Below, one piece after another: positions 28,199 through 37,431 of a stretch of DNA of 64,000 nt. Made by a program: the position numbers and the translations under genes. Below the pieces are notes generated by a model that searched no databases, was not told the origin of the DNA, and worked only from the letters and a program-made list of their open reading frames with translations. The DNA is from Alphaproteobacteria bacterium (GTDB lineage Bacteria > Pseudomonadota > Alphaproteobacteria > Parvibaculales > Parvibaculaceae): NCBI GenBank assembly GCA_021775935.1, contig JAJFGY010000039.1, positions 17,340 through 81,339 of the forward strand, in the 5' to 3' direction. Numbering within the stretch: position 1 is the stretch's first letter; each line of letters starts with the position of its first letter.

Positions 28199-29389
28199 TT
28201 AGAGGCCCAACACCATTTTGGCAATAATGTTGTGCTGAATTTCGTTCGAACCACCATAGATCGAGGTTTTCCGCATGTTCTGGTAGTTCTGCGCTACGCC
28301 GATTGAGTATTCCGGTCCTGGCGTGAAAGCATTGTCGCCCTCACCTTTGCCATGGGGTGAATAGACAAATGCGTAATTGCCAACCGCCTCAAGGGCCAGT
28401 TCCGTAATCCGTTGCTGGATTTCAGTGCCCTTGATCTTGAGGATGGAGCTTTCAGGTCCAGGACCCTGCCCGCGGCTTTCTGCCGCCAGCGTCCGCAGCT
28501 CAGTAACTTCGAGTGCAGAGAGGTCAATTTCAACTTCAGCAATCTTGCGGCCAAATTCGCCGTCATTGATCAGTGGCTCTCCATCCAGGAGCTCGCTCCC
28601 TGCGATGTTTTTCAACCGTTCAACGGCTTTTTTCGAGCGCGCAACACCGGCAATGCCAGAACGCTCGTTGCCGAGCAGGAATTTGGCGTATGTCCAACCT
28701 TTGTTTTCTTCGCCGATCATGTTCTCGGCAGGCACTTTTACATTGTCGAGATAGACCTCGTTCACCTCATGCGCACCATCCATCGTAATGATCGGGCGCA
28801 CTTCAATGCCAGGTGTCTTCATGTCGATGAGGAAGAAGGAGATGCTTTCCTGCATCTTTGCATCAGGGTCGGTCCGCGCCAGACAGAACATCCAATCAGC
28901 GAACTGGGCTAAAGTTGTCCAGGTCTTCTGACCGTTAATGATGTAGTGATCACCTTCGCGAACGGCTTTCGTTTTCAGCGAAGCAAGGTCAGATCCAGCG
29001 CCGGGCTCTGAATATCCCTGACACCACCAATCTTCACCATTGTAGATCCCAGGCAGGAAGCGCTTTTTCTGCTCTTCATTGCCATAGGTGTAAATCACAG
29101 GTCCAACCATCGAAAGACCGAAAGGTAGGAGCGGTGTTGTTTCGGCCCGCGCGCATTCTTCGTTCCAAATGTAGCGCTGCGTGATGGTCCAACCGGCCCC
29201 ACCGTGCTCGGCAGGCCAATGAGGAGCCACCCAGCCCTTTTTGGCCAGCACCTTGTGCCATGCCAGCATGTCATCGCGGCTCATGTCACCGCGTGAGCGG
29301 GTGTTGGTTACGCGTGGATAATTGTCATTTATGAAGGTACGGACCTCATCGCGAAATGCGAGATCGTCTGCCGAAAAACTCATGTCCAT
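28199..29389 (-). CDS. pimC: Acyl-CoA dehydrogenase large subunit, PimC-like
   Basis: WWCQGYSEPGAGSDLASL, KTWTTLAQ, GWTYAKFLLGNER, RKTSIYGGSNEIQ. Confidence 0.82.
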   Translation of the reverse strand: MDMSFSADDLAFRDEVRTFINDNYPRVTNTRSRGDMSRDDMLAWHKVLAKKGWVAPHWPAEHGGAGWTITQRYIWNEECARAETTPLLPFGLSMVGPVIYTYGNEEQKKRFLPGIYNGEDWWCQGYSEPGAGSDLASLKTKAVREGDHYIINGQKTWTTLAQFADWMFCLARTDPDAKMQESISFFLIDMKTPGIEVRPIITMDGAHEVNEVYLDNVKVPAENMIGEENKGWTYAKFLLGNERSGIAGVARSKKAVERLKNIAGSELLDGEPLINDGEFGRKIAEVEIDLSALEVTELRTLAAESRGQGPGPESSILKIKGTEIQQRITELALEAVGNYAFVYSPHGKGEGDNAFTPGPEYSIGVAQNYQNMRKTSIYGGSNEIQHNIIAKMVLGL

Positions 29390-29445
29390 GGGATGTCTCT
29401 CCTATGTGTCTGGAAGGGGGTCTCCAGGAAACCGATTTGGCGGGA

Positions 29446-29471
29446 TTTTACTGACAAACTGTCAATCTGCA
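29446..29471 (-). promoter_or_regulatory. Putative pimC promoter with palindromic operator TGACA-AAC-TGTCA
   Basis: Minus strand TTGCAG-16 nt-TAAAAT with the palindrome (29452-29464) in the spacer. Confidence 0.4.
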
Positions 29472-29477
29472 AGGGAA

Positions 29478-30449
29478 CTAAACGCCTGCTTTCTGCACAG
29501 CTATGCTTGCAGATCTGCACAGATCGATGGCGAGAACCGACCCAAGCCCATTGCTTTGCGTCAATCCTAAATCGAGAAGCGGTGTGAGCCCCAGCTCCAG
29601 CAGGAGCCGTTTGTGCCCTGGGTCTGCATCTGCATGGGTCGCGCGGCAATGCGCGATGGTGGCAGGGCTCAGTTCGCGTAAAACCGCTGCTGCCGCGATG
29701 GAAACAGGGCCATCCAGCAGAACCGGGATGTTTTGATAGCGCGCAGCCAGAATTGCACCCGCAATGGCCGCAAACTCCCGCCCGCCAACGCGCCGGAGCA
29801 CTTCCAGCGGGTCACTTGTTTCCCCCTCAAGCCTTGCGACGGCGGTCTCAGCAGCGCGCTTTTGGTTCTCCCGCAAAGTGTCGCTTGGTTCCTCACCCAG
29901 CCAGTCTTCCGCACGCCCGCCAAAGAGTGCGAGGGCTATGGTGGCTGCCACGGTGCGATTCCCTGCCCCGATATCGGTGACACAGAGCAAATCTGCGCCG
30001 CCGGCAATCGCTTCCATCCCGAAGGCCATGGTGGCAGCACAGGCTGCTTCATCCAGCGCATCTTCTTTTGTGATGTCCGGCGTAGGCAGGTCGAGTGCTA
30101 AATCGAAAACTTTGAGCCCCGCATTGCTTTGCAATGCAGCGCGCGACACGGCGGCACCGCCCGCGGCAATGAGCTCGACGCGGGCCTGCGTCGACGACAT
30201 AGGCAGATCGGTCACATTCTGTTGGAGGATATTGTGGTTGGCGGCAAAAACGGCGACCAGCGGCTGCACAATGGCGGGATCGGTTCGACCCTGCCAGGCA
30301 GCAAGCCATTCCCCGACATCCTGCAGGATGCCAAGACCGGGCTCAATCCCCGCACGAACGGCATCAGCTGCCTCAGTGTTGGGCAATGGGGGTCCATCGA
30401 TCAATCGGCGGATATCGTCGAACGGCAAGCCGGTTGCGGCGCGGTCCAT
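29478..30449 (-). CDS. cobT: Nicotinate-nucleotide-dimethylbenzimidazole phosphoribosyltransferase-like protein (divergent)
   Basis: DLALDLPTPDI, AATMAFGMEAI, LRRVGGREFAAIAGAILAAR, PVLLDG; AGGAG SD; several active-site motifs altered. Confidence 0.8.
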   Translation of the reverse strand: MDRAATGLPFDDIRRLIDGPPLPNTEAADAVRAGIEPGLGILQDVGEWLAAWQGRTDPAIVQPLVAVFAANHNILQQNVTDLPMSSTQARVELIAAGGAAVSRAALQSNAGLKVFDLALDLPTPDITKEDALDEAACAATMAFGMEAIAGGADLLCVTDIGAGNRTVAATIALALFGGRAEDWLGEEPSDTLRENQKRAAETAVARLEGETSDPLEVLRRVGGREFAAIAGAILAARYQNIPVLLDGPVSIAAAAVLRELSPATIAHCRATHADADPGHKRLLLELGLTPLLDLGLTQSNGLGSVLAIDLCRSASIAVQKAGV

Positions 30450-30557
30450 GGAAGGCTCCTGACTCAGTTTGGTGGAGGCTATATAGAGGGTTGCACCGCG
30501 AATGGCCAAATCCAGGTTTGGTCTGTACAGTCGCGTCGAAATCTGAGGAAGAGCGCC

Positions 30558-30752
30558 ATGTCCACTGATCCGATCAAAAGTCCCTGCAAACGTCTTTGCG
30601 CCGTTGACGGTCGCCTGGGCTTTTGCCGTGGCTGTGGACGGACGTTGAAGGAAATCGGCGGCTGGAGCCAGCTAAGTCACGATGAGCGGGATGTGATTAT
30701 GGGTGAGCTGGACGGGCGTTTCGCTGACGTCGGCCTCGTTGCCCCGGAATAG
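30558..30752 (+). CDS. DUF1289 cysteine-rich protein
   Basis: SPCKRLC...CRGCGRTLKEIGGW signature. Confidence 0.88.
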   Translation: MSTDPIKSPCKRLCAVDGRLGFCRGCGRTLKEIGGWSQLSHDERDVIMGELDGRFADVGLVAPE

Positions 30753-30772
30753 TCTTTTGGCGCCGAGTAGTC

Positions 30773-31669
30773 TTATGCCGTGTCTTCAACAGAGCGTGTG
30801 CCCAGCGGGTCAGCCTTCAAGACCTTACCATCCAGCGCGCCCAACCAATCGAGGCTTTGGCGCATCCGAACAATCTCACCGATGGCAATGATGGCCGGGC
30901 CTTTAAACGCAGTGCGTTCAATCTCGGCAACTGCCGTCCCCAGTGTTGCTTCAAGCACAGTTTGATCTGGCAGACTGGCATTGCGGACAAAGGCAATCGG
31001 CTCGCTTGGCAAGCGTCCATTCGCAAGCAGTAATCTGATGATCGCGTCCAGATGCGACAGCGCCATATAAAGCACGATGGCAGGTGAGCCTTTGGCAATG
31101 GCTGCCCAGTCCAGATTTTCTGGCACATCACCGCCTGCCATGTGACCGGTGACAAATGTCACCGCATGGTTGGTGTCGCGATGGGTTGCGGGGATGCCCG
31201 CATAGGCAAGACCGCCAATACCAGCAGTGACGCCTGGGATCACGCGAAACGGAATTCCTGCTTCCACAAGGCTCAGGGCTTCTTCACCGCCCCGTCCGAA
31301 AACAAAAGGATCGCCTCCTTTGAGCCGCAACACGCGCTTGCCTTGACGGGCGAGCTCAATGAGCTTTGCCGAGATGTCGCGCTGCTTGGCACTTGGCTTA
31401 CCACCGCGCTTACCGGCGTAAAACTTTTCTGTAGACGGAGATGCCAGAGCGAGGATTTCTTCGCTCACCAGCGCGTCATGAACAATGACGTCAGCCTGCT
31501 GAAGCGCATTGACCGTGTGAAGTGTCAGCAATCCTGGGTCGCCTGGTCCCGCACCGGCAAGCCAGACCCAGCCCGCTTCGAAAGTTGGCAAATCAAGACC
31601 AGCGACCGTCTGCGACGTCGCTTTTTCTCGTGTCCCCGTGAGGGGTACGATTTTGTCTGATCCACTCAT
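30773..31669 (-). CDS. cobA: Uroporphyrinogen-III C-methyltransferase
   Basis: GAGPGDPGLLT, HDALV, RLKGGDPFVFGRGGEE, PGVTAG. Confidence 0.93.
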   Translation of the reverse strand: MSGSDKIVPLTGTREKATSQTVAGLDLPTFEAGWVWLAGAGPGDPGLLTLHTVNALQQADVIVHDALVSEEILALASPSTEKFYAGKRGGKPSAKQRDISAKLIELARQGKRVLRLKGGDPFVFGRGGEEALSLVEAGIPFRVIPGVTAGIGGLAYAGIPATHRDTNHAVTFVTGHMAGGDVPENLDWAAIAKGSPAIVLYMALSHLDAIIRLLLANGRLPSEPIAFVRNASLPDQTVLEATLGTAVAEIERTAFKGPAIIAIGEIVRMRQSLDWLGALDGKVLKADPLGTRSVEDTA

Positions 31670-31741
31670 TTAACAAATCTTCTTCGTAGAAAAAATAAAA
31701 TCCCATCTGAAGCTTGTAGATAATAGAAAAGCCCCCCTGTT

Positions 31742-32173
31742 TCAAGACGCGGAGATTGCTCGTCTTTTATGCACCGCATCAAGGGCTAGAAACAGCAGAA
31801 ACCCTGCCGGACCGAACAGAAAGGTCAATGCAAGACAGGGGATCACCAGCAAATGGTTGATCTCTGACGCTTGCGCGCGCTCCACAATCCAAGAGCCGAT
31901 CAGCAGGTCGAAGGCCAGGAAGTGTGTCCAGCCTGTCATCATATGGCTGGGTGCTGCCATGCCGTTCATGACGCCTGCCAGAGACCCATAGCTGACTTCT
32001 GGCTCAACGCCCCATCCCGCTCCCAAAAGGACGACGTAAGTGATGGCAAGCAATATGCCGACACCACGTGCGGCGATGATCGTCACCCGTGCATTGATTG
32101 GAGCTGCGATGAGCGCGCCCCAACCAACGAATGAGAGGATGCCGACAGAAGAAAAGATAGTTTCATAATCCAT
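31742..32173 (-). CDS. ABA4-like (DUF4281) membrane protein
   Basis: GWTHFLAFDLLIGSWI, PCLALTFLFGPAGFLL. Confidence 0.85.
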   Translation of the reverse strand: MDYETIFSSVGILSFVGWGALIAAPINARVTIIAARGVGILLAITYVVLLGAGWGVEPEVSYGSLAGVMNGMAAPSHMMTGWTHFLAFDLLIGSWIVERAQASEINHLLVIPCLALTFLFGPAGFLLFLALDAVHKRRAISAS

Positions 32174-32240
32174 GGCTAAACGAGCCTTCACAAAGGGAGC
32201 GGCTGGCGTACGCCGCTTGGTTGAGGGTGTGCCTTTACGG

Positions 32241-32687
32241 TCAGATCAGCGAGCCTGGAAGGCTCACCGTTAGCCGGCCTAAAAGTTCTGACAGGCCGGC
32301 GATCTCGTCATCCGTCCAGCGATCACGAAAAAACGTGCTGGAGGAGCGTTCAAAGGTGGCGCGCGCATCTTCGACAAGCTGCTGGCCGGTTGGTGTCAGG
32401 ACCACATAGGAAAGTCGGGCGTCGCGCGCATCAACATCACGCCCTACCAGGCCGCGCTTTTCCAAAGGGGCTGCCTGGCGTGTGATCGTCGATGCACTTG
32501 TGTGCATGCAGCGGGCAAGTTCCACCCGACTTAAGCGCGACGCCGGCGCTTTTTCCAGAAACATGAGCAGCAACAGTTCTTTGAGCGAAAGGCCGTGAAC
32601 AGCGGACAGCTCGCCGGACAGGCGTTCTTCAACGACTGTGTGAGCCCTTAAAAGATGGGCGATAGCTGGGAAGGCTTGATTTGTCAT
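32241..32687 (-). CDS. MarR-family transcriptional regulator
   Basis: wHTH pattern: ELARCMHTSASTITR, LEKRGLV, DARDAR, LTPTG. Confidence 0.9.
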   Translation of the reverse strand: MTNQAFPAIAHLLRAHTVVEERLSGELSAVHGLSLKELLLLMFLEKAPASRLSRVELARCMHTSASTITRQAAPLEKRGLVGRDVDARDARLSYVVLTPTGQQLVEDARATFERSSSTFFRDRWTDDEIAGLSELLGRLTVSLPGSLI

Positions 32688-32809
32688 GTCCCCTATCTAT
32701 TGCGAATTACTTCCGTTTGCAAGCTTTATATAACTATTTTCTAATCCGACCAAGGAAACTGCAGAAAAATGTTCACGCCTCAGCAAAGGGCACGTTCTAT
32801 ATTCTGTGT

Positions 32810-33505
32810 ATGAGAGACAATACATGGACATGGGTTGGGCTGTTTGGCCTCGCCGTCGCTGCCCTGGTTTTCCTGCTTTTGAAGACCTTTCCGGGTGTGA
32901 TTAACCAGCAGGACGCACAAATGCGTCTCGTCTATGGGGTCGCCCTTCTGGCGCTGGTTGGGTCAAGCGCCGTTCTCGGCTGGCGGGAGAATGCGGGACT
33001 TGCGCTTCGACAAGCCCTGGGTTGGGTCGCCATCGCGCTCGTGCTTGTCATTGGGTATGGCTACCGGGAAGAATTTAGCGGCCTGATGACACGCACCCAA
33101 TCAGAACTGCTGCCGACCCGCGCCACTGAAGTGCGCCACGGGGTGGTGAGCCTTGGTGGGGATGGCAGCGGACATTTCCTGGCGGATGCCAAAGTGGATG
33201 GCACGCATGTGCGGTTCCTGGTGGATACCGGCGCCAGCCATGTGGCGCTCACGCCCTTTGACGCGCAGCGGCTTGGCTATGATCTGAACGAACTTGATTA
33301 CCGGGTGCCCTATCAAACAGCAAATGGGGTTGCCTATGCCGCTCCGGTGACGCTGGAGGAAATTTCTATCGGCTCGGTCACTGTGCGCAACGTGCGAGCC
33401 TCAGTTTCCCAGGACGGTCTCTCCCAATCGCTTTTGGGCATGAGTTTTCTGGGAGAACTCTCCGCTGTGGAACTGTCCGGTGATCGGCTGATCCTGCGTG
33501 AGTGA
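32810..33505 (+). CDS. Clan AA aspartic protease (TIGR02281 type), membrane-bound
   Basis: Three TM segments, GHF, FLVDTGAS, TANG, SLLGMSFL. Confidence 0.92.
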   Translation: MRDNTWTWVGLFGLAVAALVFLLLKTFPGVINQQDAQMRLVYGVALLALVGSSAVLGWRENAGLALRQALGWVAIALVLVIGYGYREEFSGLMTRTQSELLPTRATEVRHGVVSLGGDGSGHFLADAKVDGTHVRFLVDTGASHVALTPFDAQRLGYDLNELDYRVPYQTANGVAYAAPVTLEEISIGSVTVRNVRASVSQDGLSQSLLGMSFLGELSAVELSGDRLILRE

Positions 33506-33827
33506 CCAAGAGATGACCCCCGAAGAGATTATCAAGACCGCAGCGAAAAGACGGAGACGGGCGATTTGGTTGATCCTGTTCGGCCTGCCCGTCGCCTTTA
33601 CTGGATTTATCCTTGCCGTCGCCTATGAAACGACCATGGGTAGAGAACAATCCAGTCTGTTCCTGTTAGGCGGAATGGTCTGTGCCTTTCTCTTGTTTGG
33701 CGCCGCACTCCACATATACCGCTGCCCGGTTTGTCACAAAGTGCCGGGGCGGTGGACGACTACCAGCCACTACAGGGTCTGGTTTAGCTCAGCGGAATGC
33801 GAGCAATGCGGGTCCCCGTTGAGATAG
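33498..33827 (+). CDS. Hypothetical two-TM protein with a zinc-ribbon-like tail
   Basis: Two hydrophobic helices, then CPVC...CEQCG; overlaps the protease stop codon. Confidence 0.65.
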   Translation: MSDQEMTPEEIIKTAAKRRRRAIWLILFGLPVAFTGFILAVAYETTMGREQSSLFLLGGMVCAFLLFGAALHIYRCPVCHKVPGRWTTTSHYRVWFSSAECEQCGSPLR

Positions 33828-33941
33828 CTGATTGCGCAATCTGGCCTCAAATTCGCAGACCCCTTCCCCAAATACTTGTATAAGACCCGCGACGCCCTGC
33901 ATTTGGCAGGTGTTTTCGCAGATTGCCAAGGATCTGATTGC

Positions 33942-35441
33942 ATGTTGCCTAAGCCACTCCCGTCCATCGCCCAAAACTCTGAAGAGTTTGAGACCACCCC
34001 TCTCGTCGCGCCACAAGGGTTCCGCGAGTATGACGCACGGTGGCTCTTCCCCGATGAAATCAATCTGCGCGGCATTCAGGCGCTCGGCATGGGACTTGGT
34101 ACGCTCCTACATGATCTAGGTGTTGATCCGCGCATCTCCGTTGGGCACGACTATCGCTCCTATTCAGGCTCGATACAGCAGGCGCTGATGAATGGCTTGA
34201 TGGCCGCAGGCGCAGAAGTCTTCGACATCGGCTTGGCTCTCTCACCCACCGCCTATTTCTCCCAGTTTGCGTTGGATGTGCCCGCTGTCGCCATGGTGAC
34301 GGCAAGCCACAATGAAAATGGCTGGACCGGCGTGAAAATGGGGGCGGCCCGCCCGCTTACCTTCGGGCCTGATGAAATGAGCGCGCTGCGCGAGATTGTT
34401 TTGAACGGCAAATATGAAGCGCGTGCCGGTGGTAGCTATCATTTCGTGCCTGATATGCGCGAACGCTATATTGCCGATCTCATCGACCGCCCCAAAATCA
34501 AACGCAAACTCAAAGTTGTCGCCGCCTGTGGCAATGGGACGGCGGGTGCCTTCGCCCCTGCTGTGCTGGCGGGCGCAGGCGTTGAGGTCATTCCGCTGGA
34601 CTGCGAGTTGGACCACAGCTTCCCGCGCTATAACCCGAACCCGGAAGACATGGAGATGCTCCACGCCATGCGGGACAAGGTTCTGGAAACGGGCGCTGAT
34701 GTCGGCCTCGCCTTTGATGGCGATGGCGACCGGTGCGGTGTTGTCGACAATGAGGGTGAAGAAATTTTCGCCGACAAGGTAGGCGTCATGCTGGCGCGTG
34801 ACCTCTCCGCCACCCACGCCAATGCGCAATTTGTGGTTGATGTGAAGTCAACCGGCCTCTTCCTCACTGACCCTGTGCTCATTGAGCAAGGTGCTAAGAC
34901 CGACTATTGGAAAACGGGTCACTCTTACATTAAGCGACGGGCCCATGAGCTGGATGCGCTCGTCGGGTTTGAAAAGAGCGGCCACTATTTCTTCAATCCG
35001 CCGATTGGTCGCGGCTATGATGATGGTCTGGTCTCTGCCCTTGCCATTTGTGACATGCTGGACCGGGCGCCCGATCAAAGCATGGCGGACCTGAAGCGGG
35101 CATTGCCCAAGACTTGGGGCTCACCCACCATGTCGCCCCATTGTCCTGACGATAAAAAGTATGGCGTTGTTGATCGCGTGATTGCGCGCATTCAAGCCAT
35201 GGCCGAGAAGGGCGACCAACTTATCGGCCAGGCCATTCGCGATGTTGTCACTGTGAACGGTGTTCGGGTGACGGTGGCAGACGGCACCTGGGGTCTCATC
35301 CGCGCATCATCGAACAAACCGGGCCTTGTGGTCGTGGTGGAAAGCCCCGCGTCAGAGGCGAACAAGAAAGCCATGTTCGATGCGCTCGATGCCATGCTCG
35401 CAGAAGAGCCCGACGTTGGTGAGTACGATCAGAAGATCTAA
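33942..35441 (+). CDS. algC: Phosphomannomutase/phosphoglucomutase
   Basis: FREYDAR, TASHN phosphoserine motif, DGDGDR metal loop, FEKSGH. Confidence 0.88.
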   Translation: MLPKPLPSIAQNSEEFETTPLVAPQGFREYDARWLFPDEINLRGIQALGMGLGTLLHDLGVDPRISVGHDYRSYSGSIQQALMNGLMAAGAEVFDIGLALSPTAYFSQFALDVPAVAMVTASHNENGWTGVKMGAARPLTFGPDEMSALREIVLNGKYEARAGGSYHFVPDMRERYIADLIDRPKIKRKLKVVAACGNGTAGAFAPAVLAGAGVEVIPLDCELDHSFPRYNPNPEDMEMLHAMRDKVLETGADVGLAFDGDGDRCGVVDNEGEEIFADKVGVMLARDLSATHANAQFVVDVKSTGLFLTDPVLIEQGAKTDYWKTGHSYIKRRAHELDALVGFEKSGHYFFNPPIGRGYDDGLVSALAICDMLDRAPDQSMADLKRALPKTWGSPTMSPHCPDDKKYGVVDRVIARIQAMAEKGDQLIGQAIRDVVTVNGVRVTVADGTWGLIRASSNKPGLVVVVESPASEANKKAMFDALDAMLAEEPDVGEYDQKI

Positions 35442-36278
35442 TCAGCCATAGATCAGGCCGTAGAACATCCGCAGAGATGTGAGCAGCAGGAAAAAGGCGA
35501 AAGCACGCGCCAGCGCCTTCCGGCTGATGGCGTGGGCCAAATTCGCACCCCAGGGTGCAGCCATCACGGTTGCCGGTACAATGAGCGCAAGGCCGATCAG
35601 GTTCACATAGCCCACACTGAAGGGCGGCCGTGCCTCAACACCCATGCCGGAAATCATGAAGCCGATAGCGCCTGGGACTGAGATCAACAGCCCCAGCCCT
35701 GCCGCTGTTGCCACCGCCTGATGAATGGGTTTTCCAAAAAGGGTCATGATGGTGACGCCAAACGTGCCACCGCCAATGCCCATCATCGCAGACACGCCAC
35801 CGATGGATGCTGCAATGGTTCCCTGTCCCGCTGACCCTGGAAGCTCATCGCCCAGGCGCCATTCTTCTTTGCCAAAGGCCATGTTGAAGGCAACAAGGAG
35901 CGCGACTGCGGCAAAGACTGCCGTCAGCACCTGCCCATTGACGTAGGCGGCAAACACCGTGCCCGCGGCAACACCCAACAACATGGGCAGCGCCCAGCGT
36001 TTTAGGAGATCCACATCCACTGCGCCCTTTTTATGGTGGGCGCGCACTGACCGTATGGAGGTGGGAATAATAGTGCCAAGCGACGTGCCCACCGCCAGAT
36101 GCATGCGCACGCTTTCATCAATGCCCAAAAGCGTGAACATGTGAAAGAGCACCGGCACAATGACAATGCCGCCGCCAACACCCAAGAGCCCTGCCAGAAT
36201 GCCCGCGATGACCCCCGTTACCAGAAGTGCCCCGGCGAACAGAAGCAGTTCACCCAGTTCCAGCCCCATAAATTCCAT
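35442..36278 (-). CDS. TauE/SafE-family membrane protein
   Basis: AGLLGVGGG, AVGTSL, MMGIGGG, GYVNL. Confidence 0.9.
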   Translation of the reverse strand: MEFMGLELGELLLFAGALLVTGVIAGILAGLLGVGGGIVIVPVLFHMFTLLGIDESVRMHLAVGTSLGTIIPTSIRSVRAHHKKGAVDVDLLKRWALPMLLGVAAGTVFAAYVNGQVLTAVFAAVALLVAFNMAFGKEEWRLGDELPGSAGQGTIAASIGGVSAMMGIGGGTFGVTIMTLFGKPIHQAVATAAGLGLLISVPGAIGFMISGMGVEARPPFSVGYVNLIGLALIVPATVMAAPWGANLAHAISRKALARAFAFFLLLTSLRMFYGLIYG

Positions 36279-36281
36279 GTC

Positions 36282-37310
36282 TTACGCCTCCACGCGCTTG
36301 TCGTCGCTGCCCAATGCATCGTGGGGGGCACTTGTGTGAATTTTTGACAGCGCTTCTGTGACGACGGAAATATCCGCGCCTTTCTTATAAGCATTCTCGC
36401 TGATATGCCGCCGCCAGGCGCGCGCGCCGGGCACCCCCTGAAAGAGACCCAATATGTGTCGGGTCATGGCGTGGAGTGTCACGCCGTCTTCCAGCCGCTT
36501 TGCGATGTAGGGAAGAAAAGCGTGGATGATTTCTTCACGGCTTTTGACCGGGGCTGTGGCTCCAAACAGACGTCGGTCCACCTGCGCCAACACATAGGGC
36601 CGCTCATAGGCCATGCGCCCCATCATCACACCATCTACCTGCGCCAAATGTTCCTGCGTTTCATCGAGAGAGGTGACACCCCCGTTCAAACAGATTTCAA
36701 GGTCCGGGAAAGTGCGCTTCATCTCATAGACGAGGTCATAATCGAGCGGTGGCACGGTGCGATTTTCTTTTGGCGACAAACCATCAAGCCAGGCCTTGCG
36801 GGCATGCACGATGAAGGTCTTGCACCCTGCCGCGCGGGCTTTTTCAATGAGAGCTGGCAAAGCCTCGCGGGGGTCCTGATCATCCACCCCAATACGGCAC
36901 TTCACCGTCACCGGAACACTCACGGCATCTCTCATCGCTGCAATGCAGTCGGCCACCAAGTCCGGCTCTTTCATCAGACAGGCGCCAAAGCGGCCGGACT
37001 GCACCCGGTCAGAGGGACATCCTACATTCAGATTGATTTCATCGTAGCCGTACCCTTCGGCAATGCGCGCGGCTTCTGCGAGCTGCGCCCTCTCGCTGCC
37101 GCCCAGCTGAATGGCGACAGGGTGCTCTGCTTCGTCAAAACCCAGAAGAAAATCCCGTTTGCCATGAATGATCGCAGGCGCTGTCACCATCTCTGTGTAG
37201 AGCAGCGCCTCAGCCGAGATGAGCCGCAGGAAGAACCGGTCGTGACGATCGGTCCACTCCATCATCGGGGCCACAGAAAAGCGGCGGCTGGGCTCAGGCT
37301 TGGTGCTCAT
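36282..37310 (-). CDS. dusA: tRNA-dihydrouridine(20/20a) synthase
   Basis: FSVAPMMEWTDRH, EINLNVGCPSDRVQSGRFGACLM, HARKAWL.GLSPKENR. Confidence 0.95.
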   Translation of the reverse strand: MSTKPEPSRRFSVAPMMEWTDRHDRFFLRLISAEALLYTEMVTAPAIIHGKRDFLLGFDEAEHPVAIQLGGSERAQLAEAARIAEGYGYDEINLNVGCPSDRVQSGRFGACLMKEPDLVADCIAAMRDAVSVPVTVKCRIGVDDQDPREALPALIEKARAAGCKTFIVHARKAWLDGLSPKENRTVPPLDYDLVYEMKRTFPDLEICLNGGVTSLDETQEHLAQVDGVMMGRMAYERPYVLAQVDRRLFGATAPVKSREEIIHAFLPYIAKRLEDGVTLHAMTRHILGLFQGVPGARAWRRHISENAYKKGADISVVTEALSKIHTSAPHDALGSDDKRVEA

Positions 37311-37431
37311 GGGCCCTTCTATGCCTCACGTCGGGGAACGCGGCAAGTCACTCCTGCCATGAAGCTGTCAGGATGGGTAAGCTAGGCAAGGCCTGACCTC
37401 GATTCTCCCTCCCCCATCAACGCGGAGCACC

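Noticed and set aside
36405-37385. 326 aa plus-strand ORF opposite dusA
   Set aside because: Antisense shadow of a conserved gene
37200-37430. dusA 5' end as an island integration site
   Set aside because: dusA is intact; no integrase or duplicated att sequence seen
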